Translations under genes and position numbers: made by a program
Notes under the pieces: model-generated
What the model saw: only the letters and a program-made list of their open reading frames with translations
Databases searched by the model: none
Told to the model about the DNA's origin: nothing
Shown: positions 49,142 through 64,000 of the stretch, piece by piece
Layout: every line of letters starts with the position of its first letter
Numbering within the stretch: the first letter of the stretch is position 1
From: Chrysomallon squamiferum
Taxonomy: Eukaryota; Animalia; Mollusca
Assembly: GCA_012295275.1 (NCBI GenBank)
Contig: CM022666.1
Coordinates: 11,346,001-11,410,000, forward strand
Direction of reading: 5' to 3'
DNA: 64,000 bases

Positions 49142-52100
49142 ATGGCTCCAAACGCAGGGTACTGGGGACCTCCTACTTCCACTTTAGATTGGTGTGAAGA
49201 AAACTACATTGTCTCCTACTATATCGCAGAATTTTGTGAGTACCATAGTACTAATTTAATTTACATTAAATGAAGGCTGCTAATGAGAAATGTTTTAATA
49301 TAACTTGTTGCTATTAACTACTAAACTAGTATTCGGTATTATTATTAGTATTATTACTGTTAATAGTATTACTATTAGTAGAAATGCTAACGCATTTTTT
49401 TTTTAAAACTGTCAAATGAAGATTATCCTGTACCATTAAAAGAAAACCAATGCCAAACTTAAAAAAGAAAAACCTTTGAAGATATCTATAATAGTGTAAA
49501 ACATATCCCATGATATCGCATTTCAAAGTTTTAAAAATTCTATTTTCCGTGTATTATTATTTTTTTTTAAATTCAACCTTATGTCATCAAAAGCTTATTC
49601 AAGATTTGCGTTAATTGTTCAATAAAGTGTTCTTTTTATGAAGCCCTCAATAGAGATAGACTTGATGAGTTAAATATTATGTTTAAGGCCCGTTTTAATT
49701 GGTAGATGAATATGAAATAATTCCTGAGTAAGAGTTGTCGTTCCTGAGCGATTATTTCTCTAAATCGGGCACTAATGCTTCACTTCATATTAAACTATAA
49801 ATACTGGAGTTATTTGTAAAATACAAGGCAAATTGTGAAAGAAGATAGGTCTAAATGTTCCATTTAAAAAATCTATTCGACGTAATCGACCCATTTCGTT
49901 TTTTACAATTTTAATAACTAACAAAAAAGCAGTTCTTTTAAAAATTAAATATATATATATATAATATACACATACATGTAATTAAAACAATATAATATTT
50001 TTGTATATCAATTAAATGGCAAAAGTTATTGTGACATGAATTTTGTGTAATAAATTTACACACACACACGATTTTTGCCTGCATGCACAATAGATAACAG
50101 ATTATGGGAATTGTCCATATATAGTATAGTTTAAAAAAAAAATTTAAGCTAAATGAAATTACTTTTTTTAAATATGTTAACAACAATACATTTATACTGC
50201 TTTTAAATCTAGTGATAATATCTGATAATCTTACCAGCTGTGGTTTTTATTGTATTTTAAAATTCACTAACCTAATCTGCCTGTGACTGTGCCTGTGTAG
50301 GTGCATTTATATTATTAACAGTCAGAAAAGCAAACGAAACTCATAAAGAAGCTTAAAAACACCCACCAAAAAACGCACCTTATTTTAATTATATTTATAA
50401 TTAATAACATGAGATAAAGAGATTGCAACAACATCATAACAGCTTATTAATATTAATAAGAGTTTATTTTTTGAGAGTAAGTTATTTGTTTTTTCTCCAT
50501 ACTTAGTACACTAGATATGGATATCACAAGTAAAGCAGCTGTAATTTCATAATAACTATACTGACAACAGTAAACATGAAAACAAATTTTATTTCAAAAA
50601 AATACAATCCTGCTTTTGAAAGTGATTGTTCTTGTTGAGGTCACCATATATTCCAAGAGTTTGTTGTTTGGAAACTTCAGTAAACATTTCTGAGGGATGA
50701 TAATTTGTAGAGTTAAACATTTTCATAATGCTCCTTACTATACTGTCCTGTTTATTGCACACAAAACAATGGTTTGCATTTAAATAAGCATACATTTTGT
50801 CTTGTTTTTACTGCCATCTGCCATTTGCCATTTGTCAGCTTTTAAGATGACACATTTTAAAATTACTCTTGTGTATGATCATCAAGTATACATAAATCAT
50901 TAACTAAATTAAATTTCATTTTTAGCATATTTCATGAATAAATATTACATTTTTCAGCTTGGTATGACATTACAGAAAATGCTTTCAAGTTCATATCTTT
51001 GATATTGTCTGGTTGTTGCAATTAGCTATTGGAACTTGTACATTGCCATAGTGCAGTGCTTATCAAGAACTTGCATAATTTGAACTCAAGTTTTAATGCT
51101 TCTAACAGGTTTATTATGTTGAAACACTATGCCCAAATCAGTCATAATTTGCATATATTATGGTAACTTTATAAATAAACATGTTAAATAACTCGGTAAA
51201 AAAATACTCCATCCCATACCTTTCCTTGTATTTTGTATTGCAAAACAACATGTGGTCACATATTGACTTCATGATAACATTGATTCAGGATAAATATCTG
51301 TCATGCAATTCTTCAAGAAAAGGAGACAAAAATATAGGCAGTGTAAATGGTTCAACAATTAGCATTTTGTTTCTTAAATTTGTTCATTAACACTTGGCAT
51401 ATTAAATAATCAAAGTCAAGTGTTCTGTAATTTAGAAAACTTGTTATACCACCTAACTTGTATTTTCAAAATAAATTAACACCAGTGTTGCTGTTATAAA
51501 GAGGTTTGATTGTAGTTTTTCCTTTCACTCATTTCTTTAGAGTCTTGTAGAATGACAGAACAATATTATTGACTGTTAAAAATCAAGATTTGCTAAAAAA
51601 AACAAATTTGGGGACCACTGAGTTGTAGGAACAAATGAAATATTAAATCTGTTATCTAATTTTATTGTGTAAAAATTAAGACCGTTCATTTTAGTCATAC
51701 TGACTCACAGATGTAAATGTTTACTTTTCTGTTCATGTACTTGTGTTGTATAACTAAAGTAATGAATAAGTAATCCCACAAATGATATTTTCAAAAAGTA
51801 TCTTCCAAATATGAAAGTCACAATTACTTGACATCAAATGTAATAAATTTACATTTAAACTATGCAGCCATTTTTTGTTAATATAATATCCATTCAGATA
51901 GTGAATTTAAGAAAAAATATGTCAGTCATCCTCATGAATTGTTAAATATTATTACATAATTTATGAGAACATCATACATATTTATTTCAGGCAGAATATA
52001 TATTTGACAATTAAGAATTGCATTTAAAGAGGAAAAAATATATCCTTGGTATATATTAGTTGTAACATTATTATTACATACATATTTTTTTTTTTATTGG

Positions 52101-55100
52101 TTTATCAAAATATATTTTCATTTCAAAACAAATAATATTTGGTTAACATTAATGTTAAAATAAAAATTTCTAGCTGCTGAGATTTAGTATACAATTGCAT
52201 TGCACTTGTCTACAACGTATTTAGGCTGTTCATGAATTGGGACTAAATTTTTACACAGGGCATTTAAAGCAGTTGAATGTGACCTGTAATTAAGCTGTTC
52301 TTTTCCACTGTTTTAGAGAAAATAACCCTCAGTTTACTATGACCAGTCTGATCCTTCAACTAATGGTATATATATATATATATTTATGTGGTTAAATAGA
52401 TGCTTGGTAGAAAGCCACAACAACTACCTTTCAGTTACTCAGGCTGACAGTTAGCCAGGTCACTGCCCAGTATGGTGTAAAACTGATCTCCCCAAACAAA
52501 ATGTGGTCTCTGCATTTATGTTCCTTTCCCAGTGGCATTCAGTCTGGTTGGAACTTTTGCAGACATGCAGACACCAGTGGGTCCCCCAAAACAACACTTC
52601 ACCATAGCTGATACAATTCTTAAGGAAATCGTGGGGTTCTCTGTCACACATTACTTATTAAAGAGGAGACTGTTGTCTCTGTCACATGTTGTGTCTTACA
52701 TGAAGACACTAATTTGTTGTTAGCTTATTTATATTTTATATAAATTGTATTAAGTGTTAATTTGTTTAAAATGAACAAATTATCTAAATTATTCACTTAG
52801 CAATATGATTTTTAGCAAATATTTGTGAAGTAGAATTATTTTATTATTGCTCTTAAACTGGAAGAAAAATAGATTTCAGTTTTTAAAGTATGAATTTAGG
52901 AGAAATGTTTTTCAAACCCTGTTAGAAATTATTTATCCTTTCACATTTGTTAGCTATTGACAAACTTACTAGAATTAGTAAATAACAATAGTTTGAAGAT
53001 CTCCATGATTTATACGGGAGATGGATAATGGAGCACATCATTATATCTTTGAAGTGAGATAAACAGTCTAATCACTCCAGACTGGTTTCAAATAGGTCAT
53101 GTCTTTTTCTGATGCTCGAGTATATATTAGTCTTTTTTTTAGCTGAGTTTATACTTAGAAAGCAACAACAAGCCATGTTATCTGGAATAAATTGTATTCA
53201 TATTGCTAATTGAAACAAACATCTGCAAACTTATTGCTTGTTAATTTGTAATAATTGGTTTTGTGAAAAAACAGTAACTCTGGTTTAACTTGCTTTGATG
53301 TTAAACTTGGTCTACAAATAGATTTGTGTTAACTGCAGCCAACTGTTCCAAAAATATTTTGTTTTGTTTTGTTTTATTTATTTTTTTGTTTTTTGACTGA
53401 TGTTAATTTTTATTTGTTGGATATATTTTTGATGTTCTTAAATTGATGAGAAAGATGAACAAATACATAAATGGAAATATCTAGATAGCAGTCACCAGCA
53501 AATGTCAGTGGGAGGGAACATTTATACAGGTTTGAGACCAGTTATCTGGTGTCCTGAAATCTGGAAAGACCAGAAAACCAGAAGTTTGTTCTTGACACTA
53601 TTTTCGTAGTTTGCACGCAGAGGTGTTGTCTGCAACTACTCTTTCAAGCAGTGTGGCATTCATTCACTTGCCGCATTCACTCAGGTCCCAAGGAGTCCGG
53701 ATAATTGGTCCAGTACCTGTAATAGCAAGTATCACTGGAAGGTAGCATTCAGACTGGCAGTAGTATTGCCATTCAGTACTTAAACAGCAGCCACTGAGAG
53801 CATTTGTCCTTCACACCAACTACAAACTATTTTACAAACTTTTCTTTTTCTAAAAATTATACCCTGAATGATGTCTACAAAGAGACAAGCTATAAAGAAA
53901 AGTGAAAATGATTTTTTTTGTGTGTATCTACATTCATCAATAATGAGTTATAATTTTTGCCATTAATTCATTTGATTAACATGATTTTGATATACATGAT
54001 ACATGGTTTAGAAATTGATGATTGTTAAATAATGTTTTACAATGAGTGTCCGGGGAAATAATGAAAGAATGTACATTTCTGCAGGTGTTAAAAATCACTA
54101 CTGGAATTGTCATAAATGAAAATTTTATGATGGTGGTCCACACACACATTTACCACAGCCTTTGAAAGACTGATAAACATTTTTGTTTTTTGACTGGTCA
54201 AAAAGTGGCAATTCAAGTCAATGGTAATTTCCACTGACTGTTGCATTATTCACAATTCAGTCATCCTTCTTTACCCAGCCAGGGCTTTTGTGTTTAGATT
54301 CTATCATTAATGTTCATCCTTTTTTAATTTAATTTTTTTTTGAGTTTTGCAGATGAAAACACCCTAATTTTATATCATGTGAGTCACAAAGGTGTGTTAA
54401 ATTTTTCATGATCAAAAAAGAACAGCTACTGTATTTATGGTGATAATCTTAGTAAACAGTCCTGGTGCATAAACAGTCACATCTTTTTGAAAAAATACTT
54501 TTCATTTTCAGTAAAAAAAACTGATTACAAAGTGTTTATTCTTTGTTTGCAGAGCCATAGTGCAATGAACATTCTTAACCCAAAAGAAAGGCAAAAATGG
54601 CAGAGGTAAAAATTAAAGAGGAAAGATCCATATGAACAATATAAAGCAAAACAACATTGCATATAGCACACAGTTTTGAGCAAAACAGAAAGTGAAGTTA
54701 ATTGAAAGTCCTGAAGTATTGCAGCTAAAACAGTTTAAACACATGGCAAGACAAAAGCAATGTAGAGCAGTTTGTCTGCAGAGGCTCCAACCTTCAAGGC
54801 AGTTAGCCCCAGATGTGTACATTGATAACACAACTGTATCAAACCACAAACATAATAGTTGTAAGTCAAAGGCAGTGACCATTGTGAGTATGGGTTTGGA
54901 TACAGATATACAGATGATGACAAACTGCAAAAGACATCAGCAAAATGGTTTAAATGGAAAGAGTGGATGGTCAGTTAATCAAGCATAAGGAGGAGTGAAC
55001 TTGTGCAGATTTGTATGCTTACAACATTTCTGTTGCTCTGAAATTTCTCAAACACAGCTTCATCAAAAGGATGAAAACAATAGTTGTGAAGCAGACAATG

Positions 55101-58100
55101 TAGGATCTAATGACCTGCAGTTCTGCAAATAGATTTGATAGAGAATAACACTTGTATTACAGAGGACAAGGTTTAATCGCAGGACAGGAACTGAGCACAA
55201 GTAAATTATTTCACATCAGTTCTGTGGCTCCATGGGAGAGTCACATCATGTGCTATCATCAGTGTGGCAAAGCATCAGATATTGTCTTCCTTAATGATGT
55301 TCTGCAAGCAAGCAATGTTGGCTGGTTGTGACTGTATAAAGCTGTGGATCTATGGAGCTACAAATCAGTTTAAATACAGATTTATTATGAGTGAACTTCC
55401 ATTTCTTTCTTCAAAGCACAGCAGATATCTCGTATGTGCCAGTCATGGTAAGGGTCCTGTTGATACTAAGTTGGGGCCCTTAAGTGCATACAACTCACTA
55501 AGTTAAGTCTTATTGGTGTGTCAATAATGCCAGTAACTTTTATGAGGCTGCATAGGATCCTGCCATCAATATCTTTCTCAGCTCAAAAGAAATGTCAATA
55601 ACCATGGAGACAGAAATAGGCTTAGTCTTCATTTTTGAGCATTCTTTTTCCTCAAAAGGCATTGCATCATATCACTGTCTATGAAATAATGGCGAGGGAA
55701 TCCATACACAAAAGGTAAACTCTTAAGGAAAACTACCAGAATTTCTGTTTTGAAAAAGATGAGGAACAACCTTCTGATGCAGCCATCTAGTATCACTGCT
55801 ACTATTTTGTGTTTTATGAAGAGCCTGACAGATACTGTGTTGGATGTATAGTGCAGCTGCAATGAAATTCCTTAAACTGGATATCCTTACTAAAACATTC
55901 AAATAGCCTAGATCAGAAGATACAGTGTGTGTTGCTGCAGTGTGCATATTTGCAGGACCTATGGACCTGAATGGGCATATCTATTTATGGTGAAGCAAGT
56001 TAGTTTTAAATGTCCCATCAGAATAATTTTAACACCAATACATATTTGGAAGAGTTTAGTTAACTGGTTCAGACAATGACTTTCAAAACATTAAGTGTAC
56101 AGAAAATATTCATTACTTGTTCATTGGAGAGGTTTTTTTTATTCAAGTTGTTAGTATTCCAAAGTTTATTGATTAAAATACTTTTAACAAACAAAAAATG
56201 TTTTAATTATATCTAGAAGGACACTGAATTTTGATAAACTCTTATTTAAAAGAGTAGTATTAATAGGAAGTGAGATGTTAATGTCACCTTTGTAGCTGTC
56301 AAGCTAGTCATGCACTTTAATGTGTCAGATCTCTGCAATTAACTGTTCAAGCAAATGTATTTTTGATTACAATATAAGGGTCCAGGACTACACAAAACAT
56401 GTAATACATTGATCAACAATACCAGTGTCACACTAATCACTAATGGAATGGTTGATATTAATTCTGTTTCAGTGTTAAAATTATTTTGATGAGGCATTTA
56501 AAACAAATTTATAATTCATTTTTTGTTTTTTCTTTAGTACAAAGAAATTCATTTTATTTGATTTTCCTTTGATAATATTTTGTCACACACAAAGAAATTC
56601 ACTAAGTATAATAAAATAATGCATGCTTAATCACATGTAGATACAGGAACAATATTTATACTCTTTTACATGTTGGCAATGTGACTTTAATTTCATATTT
56701 TTCTAAAAGTGCAAAGTTTTTTCAACATATAAAGATACACATTATTTCACAAATATGTATCTTTGTGATAAAAAAAAAAAAAAAGTTATACAACATATAT
56801 GAACAGGTCTGGTAGAAAAAATATTCATAATATTCTTGCATTCTGACAATTGACCTCAATTTAATTACATTAAACTATGAAGATTTAAATAGATAACAGA
56901 CTGAATGATGTCCTTGTCATACATTACTATGAATAGTTAAAGCAACCATTAGTGTAAGACTATTGGTAAACAGTAACTTCAGACTTCAATAATTTCACTC
57001 TGGTAATCTGGGCTGATTATTACTGGATACCACTGGTTTTATCATCTACAAATATTATAATAAATAAAACAAATAAAATGTGGGAAAAAATTAACCATTT
57101 TTTTATATCTTTTATCTTTTATTTGTATGAACCATTTATAATGTAATAAAAATGAATGATGTGCCTGCATGAGGTTTGTTTTTATTTGGTGATGTGACTG
57201 ACACTCATTCATGGTATTCATGGTAATAGGCTGTTTATGTCAGATCAACAACTGTTATGAACAATTTTCCAGGGCAATAAACTAACAAGCTGATTATTTA
57301 CACAGAGAAACTTTTCAGCAAGCTGTCATTTAAACCCCATCTGCATACAAAGTAGTAATGAACCTAGGCATGCATAACAGTGAAAATACTGATGTAAATA
57401 AAGCAAAAGGTGACATTTTATAAATATGCTATATTTTAACTTTTTATCTCACATTGTAACTTTTATCTTTTAATTAATTAATAAAATTAGAACAATAATA
57501 ACAATAAAAATAATATAAACAACAACAATACTAATAACAAATCAGTATATTTCTATGCATTCACTTATACTTCGATGTGGGCCAAGATTACTGAAGTCTG
57601 AAGTTACCCATAATTACAATACTCACTTAAAATTCTTTATCACAAATTCACTACCAGTTACTTAATCCTTAAAATATAATAATAGATGGTTCTTTTTATG
57701 TTCATAATATATGCCCTTAGATAACAATATTAGTTAAAATAATATAATATGTTTATAATAATATGCATTAGTTCAGTTTTCAATCATGCTTATAATTACA
57801 AAATCAGTTCTACTTGGCTTACATTGCTTGTTTTCTTTTAATACATTAATTAATTTATGGTTGTTCAGTTCAGCTGTTTGGCATGAACTGTTGAGTTTAA
57901 TGGTATACTGTGGTACGTGTTTATTGATTAATATTGTTTGTCCATGGTTACTAATGTACATATATCATTGATGGTAGTGTAGTTTATGTGTTGTTGGCTG
58001 AGTTTAATGATAAATATATTTTACAATACTGTTTTCAGATGGTAAGATCATACTATTTTTTTATATTTCATCCTATTTCATTTCTTTTTCATTATGGTAT

Positions 58101-61100
58101 ACTAGTTCACAAAAAAGATAAAAAATAAAATAATTAAATAAAAATAATTACCCCCCCCCACAAAACAAAAAAAAAACATTTCTCCTTCCTTATGCTTTCA
58201 ACTATGTTTTCATTTTATTTCAGGGAACACCATCAGTAATTTAATTATGATCATCCCATCCATAATTGGAGCTGGTCTTGCTTATAAAGAGAATCTAGAA
58301 TTCTGCATCATAGGATCATACTTAGGCCTATTGGGTATATAACCCTAGAAAACTAATTTAGTTTTATAAGATGAGCAGATATCTATTTGAAAAAAATCTA
58401 CAAGATGTTAACGTTCTTTTTCATCATTTTGTTTTGTGATTAGAATAACATAGTAATAACATAGTAATGGTTATTGGCTGAAATCATTAAAACTTCCTTA
58501 ATGTCCCATAATTTGTTATTTTAACTGTTCATTCAATTGCATAATTGACATTCTTAAATTATATTGAATTAACTAAAGAAGATGTAAAACAAAAGGTATT
58601 GGACATTTCATTTGAATTTCTCAAAACAGTGTAAATACTACAGTTATGAGATACTTAGATGATGCTGATAGGATTGCTATTCAACTTGTAAACAGAAAAA
58701 AGAGAAATAGAAGAAAATACTAACAGATGGCATGTGGTCTTTGCTAAGATGTTTTGGAGACAGAAAACAACTGTGCACCAACTATAACTTGTTAAACTGG
58801 TCTGTAATGGAAACATCATAATTGCCTTGGGGAAAACTTTGGTGTCTAACCCCAAATTTTAAAATGTTTAATTTGTTGCAATAATAAGCCATGATAACCA
58901 TGAGACTGTTTATAACTTTCTTACTTTTGAAATTAATTGATAAACAATATGAACGATACTATTTAAATGAACCCCTGCAGTATTTCAGCTAATTAGTCTT
59001 TAGCAGTGAGAACACTTGCCATTTGTATAGCCTGTCACTGAAAGAGCCAGCATGTCAGTTGTTTAGCCACATCCTTTCTATAGTCAAACAGATTAGAGAT
59101 TTAAATATTTAAGCACCAATTCCTTCTCTTGTACTAATAGATCCAGTTATTGTTTGTTATAAATAAAGTAATATTGTTTCTCTTAAAAGTTTGAGATAAT
59201 ATATTGTTATGAATAATTTAAAAGTGAAGAATTGTATGTCCTCTGTTTTTTGATGAATGTCTCTGATTTTAGCAGTTGGAATTGGTTCATGGATCTTCCA
59301 CATGACTTTGTTGTATGAAGGTCAGGTGAGATGCATTTGTTTCTGCAGCACATTTGCTGTGCATTCTTTACAAACCCAGGTAGTATAAATTAAAATTATT
59401 AGTTGTCAGTCCATCAAGTGCTGACAATTTGTCAGTGTCTACATTTCATCATGAGCATGCAGACATAGCTACACTGTTCAACTACACATGTTGATAAACT
59501 GAGTATAAATTAGTCACGTTCTTATGAACATACACTGAGGGCAGGCTGAAATTATTGCATATTCCATGTATCTGACACCAACATGACACAAATCATGCTA
59601 ACACAATTCTTACATTCTGAATCCATCAAAATCAAAACATACCAACAGTCCTTACCAGTGCCAGTATTGATGCAAAATGTAATTGTGGTCCAGGTAGCAG
59701 TTTTTTTTTATATTGTTTCTGTTTTGTCTATGAAATGAGTGGCCTTAACGTAGTAAACCTATGTGAATGTTCAGTTCCCATCATGCCTTGATGAAATCCT
59801 GAACATGACTGGGTATGGAAAAATGATGGCGTATGGATTAAAAGGTACTGTGCAAGTGCACCAAAGAAGAAGAAAAATCCACATCTCTTTGTTTTTGTTG
59901 TAACTCTTGGGACATATTTTCAAGGAATGAAACTTTTTGATCTTCAGTTTTAATCTGTTTAAATATGTATGTAATTGATATTATTTGGTATAATAAAAAA
60001 TATATGAGTTAACAAGATGAACATTCTAATAAAAATCACCAAAATGACAAAAACTCAGGAAAATAATAAACTAATTTTTAATATTTCTTAATATAAATCA
60101 TAATAGACACTACAGATTTACATAATAGAAATTGTATTACATACTGAACTTCAAAATTAACAAAAAGTTTGTATTTAAATTTAAATATAAAATAAATTTA
60201 TTAAACCTGCATAAACCAAACAAATAAATAAATAAACAATAATAAAAAATATATGTTTTTAGAGGTTAATTCATATTAAAGATAATTAATAGCATATTTT
60301 GTCTTCAGTGCAATATAATATAACCAAAATTGTATTATAATACAGAAATATAAAAGCCTTATCATATCAGAGATTGCACTTAGAAATGTTTTATAATCAT
60401 GCTCCTGAAGGTTTCATCGGAGCATATGAATGGTCAACTGCTTCGCAATATCCATGCCTCAGTTGTTGAAAAATTGGGTAACACTATATGCTTGTTAACA
60501 GTGTCAGGTGCCATTGCAAATCATAGCAATATTGTGATGTTTATGGATTCATTAATTGCTATTTCATGTTTGATCTAGGATCTTTCTTGTTAGTTTTGGT
60601 TCATTGTTTTGTCAATGTCAGCTACATGGAATCTCAGCCTTAGCATTGGAAGTGATTTTTCATTACATTACAGGGAGAAACTGTATTAAAGAGGAGTGAT
60701 AAATTTATTATCAGTAAACGTTATAAGCAAACATATGATGAGCAACTCTTAAATAATATATTTTATATAATACAAATTAAAAAAAATAATAATAATATGA
60801 CAACAAAAGAAATAGTTTTAGACTTGGCTCAAAGGATATATCATGCTGCAATAATCAACCTAACAATGTTTTTTGCAAACAAAATTGTTCAGAACAAAAT
60901 AACAAATATCACAGTTTGAATTACAATTTATCTATTTTTTATTTCGTAGTCATATATTTAATTTTAAATCATTTCAAAATTTATTTTAAACATTCCTTAT
61001 TTCAGCTTTTAGATGAACTGCCAATGATTTGGGGTGCCTCCTTCATCGTGTATTCATAGTGAGTATTAATATTGAATTACAGTTAAATTCATATGTAAGT

Positions 61101-63840
61101 ATTTTATTTTTGTTTTTGTCTTCTAGTTTAATTTTCATTGTACAAGTTTCACAAAGCAACAGTTGCAAATATTAATTATTTTAATATTAACTCGGATGTT
61201 AGCTAAAAAGCAAATCACCTCAGTTCCAAAAGTAAAATCTGATTAGCATTTTTATTTTCTGGGCGAGTATAATTATATGTTTGTTTTTTAATATATGTGG
61301 GGTACCATTTTCAGCAAAGCCAAAATTCCAGATGGAATTACAGAATTTCAAATCATAAGAGAATTTGTCTTGTTTTTTTCATTTGTCATATTACAGATTT
61401 ATTTATTTATTTATACGTTGTTGTTCTATTTAATTGATAATTTGAATCATTTACTCATTTATGAACATTGTTCTTCTTCATTGTTTTCAACAATTAGCTC
61501 ATTTCACTTTTGTTTGGTTTGCTAGTCCTTGAGGACATATGGATTACACAGAAGAAAGAGTACATATATACCTTGTATGCACTTCAACCACCTTTTCACT
61601 GAATTGAAATCAGAAAAAAAAAAAACATTTCAGTTTTTAATATTAGGCCTGCTGGAAGAAAATAAAGAGCATGAAATAAACTGTCTTAATGTCTTGTATT
61701 TCAAAAAAAAAAAAAATTAAAATCACACTTTAGCGACTCAGTATGTATAATAGATGTCATGTATCTTAATTCACTCCACTGAAAATGTGTAGTAGTTCAG
61801 AAGTCTGACCTGACTGTTTCTGAAGATAGCAATTTTTGTTCCTTAAACAGAAAACACATTTTTTGAGCAGAATTTGCAATTTTCATCAACGGAAAATCAA
61901 TATACCAACATATATTTAAAAATTAAAAGCATGTGAAAAGACTTCATCACAGACTGAGGAAATACAACATATTTTTCTGTCATTTGTGAATTGAGTAAAA
62001 AAATTTTTTTTTAAATTACACTTTTTGTTAGGTTTTCAGTAACACTTTAAAGTTAAAAGAACAATGTATGTATCTTTATACCCATGAACTTGCACAGTCA
62101 GACTGTTGTTTGTTTTCAGTGCCACACTGTCGAGTCCCCCGCATAGCTCTCACAAGTCTCTGCAGATTGGCCTGTTCATCTACTGTAATGCTGTCACCCT
62201 GGTCAGTCGTCACCTGTCTGTTATGTTCACTTTACAATCACTTTAACAAATAACAAATAAATATACCAAAGTTTTGATTATTTAATATTTATTTTCAACC
62301 ATCATTTTTAGATAAAATAATGTTCAGTGATTATTTACTTACTGCTGTATTGAAAGCTTTCACATGGAAGAATACTGATTTTCATTTCCTGTTAGCAACA
62401 TACTTGCATATTTCCTAATAATAAATATTTTCTATAACATATATACTTTATCAAGATTATTTGTTTAAAATATATATATATATTTATATATGTATGTATG
62501 CATACACAAAAACACACACACGCATATGTATATATTCAATGAATCTAAATAGTTTTTGTTTTTAAAGTGCATTACTTCAAGAACAAGGTATTTGTTTTTA
62601 TCTTTCAGATATATTTAGCCAATAAAAATCCAGTGTTCCATCAGGTTTGTAAATTTTATTTTTCTAAACATTTACTTTTTTGTATACAAATGGCACCTAA
62701 ATGACTTTTCCCTACCTTTATTATTTGTTTAACCCCCCCAAAAAATAACCTAAACATTTCTAATTCATAAAAATAAAATAAAAGAAATAATCAATATTCC
62801 TCAGAATTTCTGTTATGCATTCACCGTAATGCCTTTATCCACTATAATAAATAATAAAATAGTTCTCAGTCTTTTTTTAACCTTAATAAAATATATGTTG
62901 AACTAGTTTTAATACAAGGGTTACATATTTCGCCTTGAGAACTAACATAGAGTAGTTTCAATTTAAGCTGGAAAATGAATCCATTTGTTATTTATGTTTC
63001 TTTCTTATCTGTTTAGAAAATGAATTATGTATTTTCCTAGTAAAGTATGTTTATATTAGATTTGAAGTGCTGATACTGAACAGTTGTTTCAAGAGTTATT
63101 TATTCTATTTTATTTTACAGGTGGCTTATGCTATAATGGTGTTTGCAATTCTTGTTTTTGGAATTGCTACTATAATGTAAGTTGAAGGTTTATTTATAAT
63201 TTTATAATGACAGACTCATATAGATAGCACTGTTATAATAATCTATGAATCTGAAATTTTCATGTTATGGCTGTGTGAATTTTTTATTCTGATCATACAC
63301 TGTTAATGAAATATTTTGTTTGACACATTCAAAAATTTATTTAAATATAGTTATAATGTGTCATTTAGAATTGACACATTGAATATTTCCCCATTCTATC
63401 GAGACTATGGTGTATGACGTTCTGCAGCTGCCAGTAGAAAATTGCACTTTATAGAGGGATTCATTTCAAGCATCATGTGACAATATGCTCTAGAGTCTAA
63501 TGATCTTGTTGAAGTATTGACAGTGTTGGCAGTTATTATAAAATGCATTAATATTTTTAATAAGAAGTCCCAATTCTGTAATTAAAAAAAAATATATATA
63601 ATAGGCATAAAGCAGTACTTCATTTATTGGTTTCCTTTGATGTTTATAAATTCATTTTTAAAATATTTTAGAATTTCTTGAATTTCTTCCATTTTTCTCT
63701 TGATTATGTTAAAATTTAACTTTTTTCATATGTTTCAGACATAATGAAAATAACTTGCTACTCTACGTGTCATCTGGAGTTGTATACTTCCTGGGATTTT
63801 TTCTCTGGAATATAGATAATAAATTTTGTGGCTATCTTAG
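49142..63840 (+). CDS. ACER3: Alkaline ceramidase 3 (CREST superfamily), first 8 coding exons; the gene continues beyond the window
   Basis: Phase-compatible GT-AG exons: 49142-49235, 58224-58334, 59273-59325, 61006-61058, 62120-62201, 62609-62644, 63121-63176, 63739-63840. Translation includes [73 protein letters not shown] and [12 protein letters not shown]. Confidence 0.95.
54550..56100 (+). mobile_element. Heavily decayed DNA transposon (DDD/E transposase of the 'DFxENY...QSxHW / SDGxxxQFKN / HGKGPxDG' type; Sola-like, superfamily uncertain) in ACER3 intron 1
   Basis: From 55126: [35 protein letters not shown] 55264..55506: [23 protein letters not shown]. From ~55860: MKFLK..FK*PRSED..V..IFAGP. 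Stops and frameshifts throughout. Confidence 0.65.
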
Positions 63841-64000
63841 GTAACTTTGAGAAATTACACAACTTTTTTTCTGTGAATGAACAGATTTGTTATTAAGGAG
63901 TAATTTAAGAGATTGCAAAAAATAGAGAAATGATTTTTAAAAATAATAATAGTCTCTAAGTTGTGCCTCTGTTAAAAAAAGCCTGAAAATGTAAAATTCT

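Noticed and set aside
59760-59870. Possible Tc1 C-terminal relic (minus strand [12 protein letters not shown])
   Set aside because: Too short and degenerate to support without a search.

Overview
AT-rich, microsatellite-rich DNA from an invertebrate animal; the spliceosomal introns, patchy CpG depletion and transposon repertoire suggest a lophotrochozoan such as a mollusc (inference). Left to right: a decayed I/Nimb-type LINE; an intact, apparently domesticated pogo/Tigger-derived gene (HTH-psq/CENP-B HTH/degenerate DDE/PHD, with a spliced 5' coding exon); an 8-exon Gfo/Idh/MocA oxidoreductase (myo-inositol 2-dehydrogenase-like); MSL2 with an uninterrupted CDS; a ~0.96 kb near-identical tandem duplication; a dead pogo-PHD relic; two tandem giant single-exon ORFs (2308 aa and 2163 aa); a Tc1 relic; and the first 8 exons of alkaline ceramidase ACER3, with a decayed DNA transposon in intron 1. 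The strongest candidate for an undescribed system is the giant-ORF pair. They share a ~220-300 aa helical domain built from AKAP-like amphipathic helices, placed at opposite ends of the two proteins. Each copy is fused to a different low-complexity arm: FFAT-like/Ser-rich repeats in one, a 28-unit higher-order Cys/Tyr/charged repeat array in the other. All alignments and exon models were made by eye; no database search was run.
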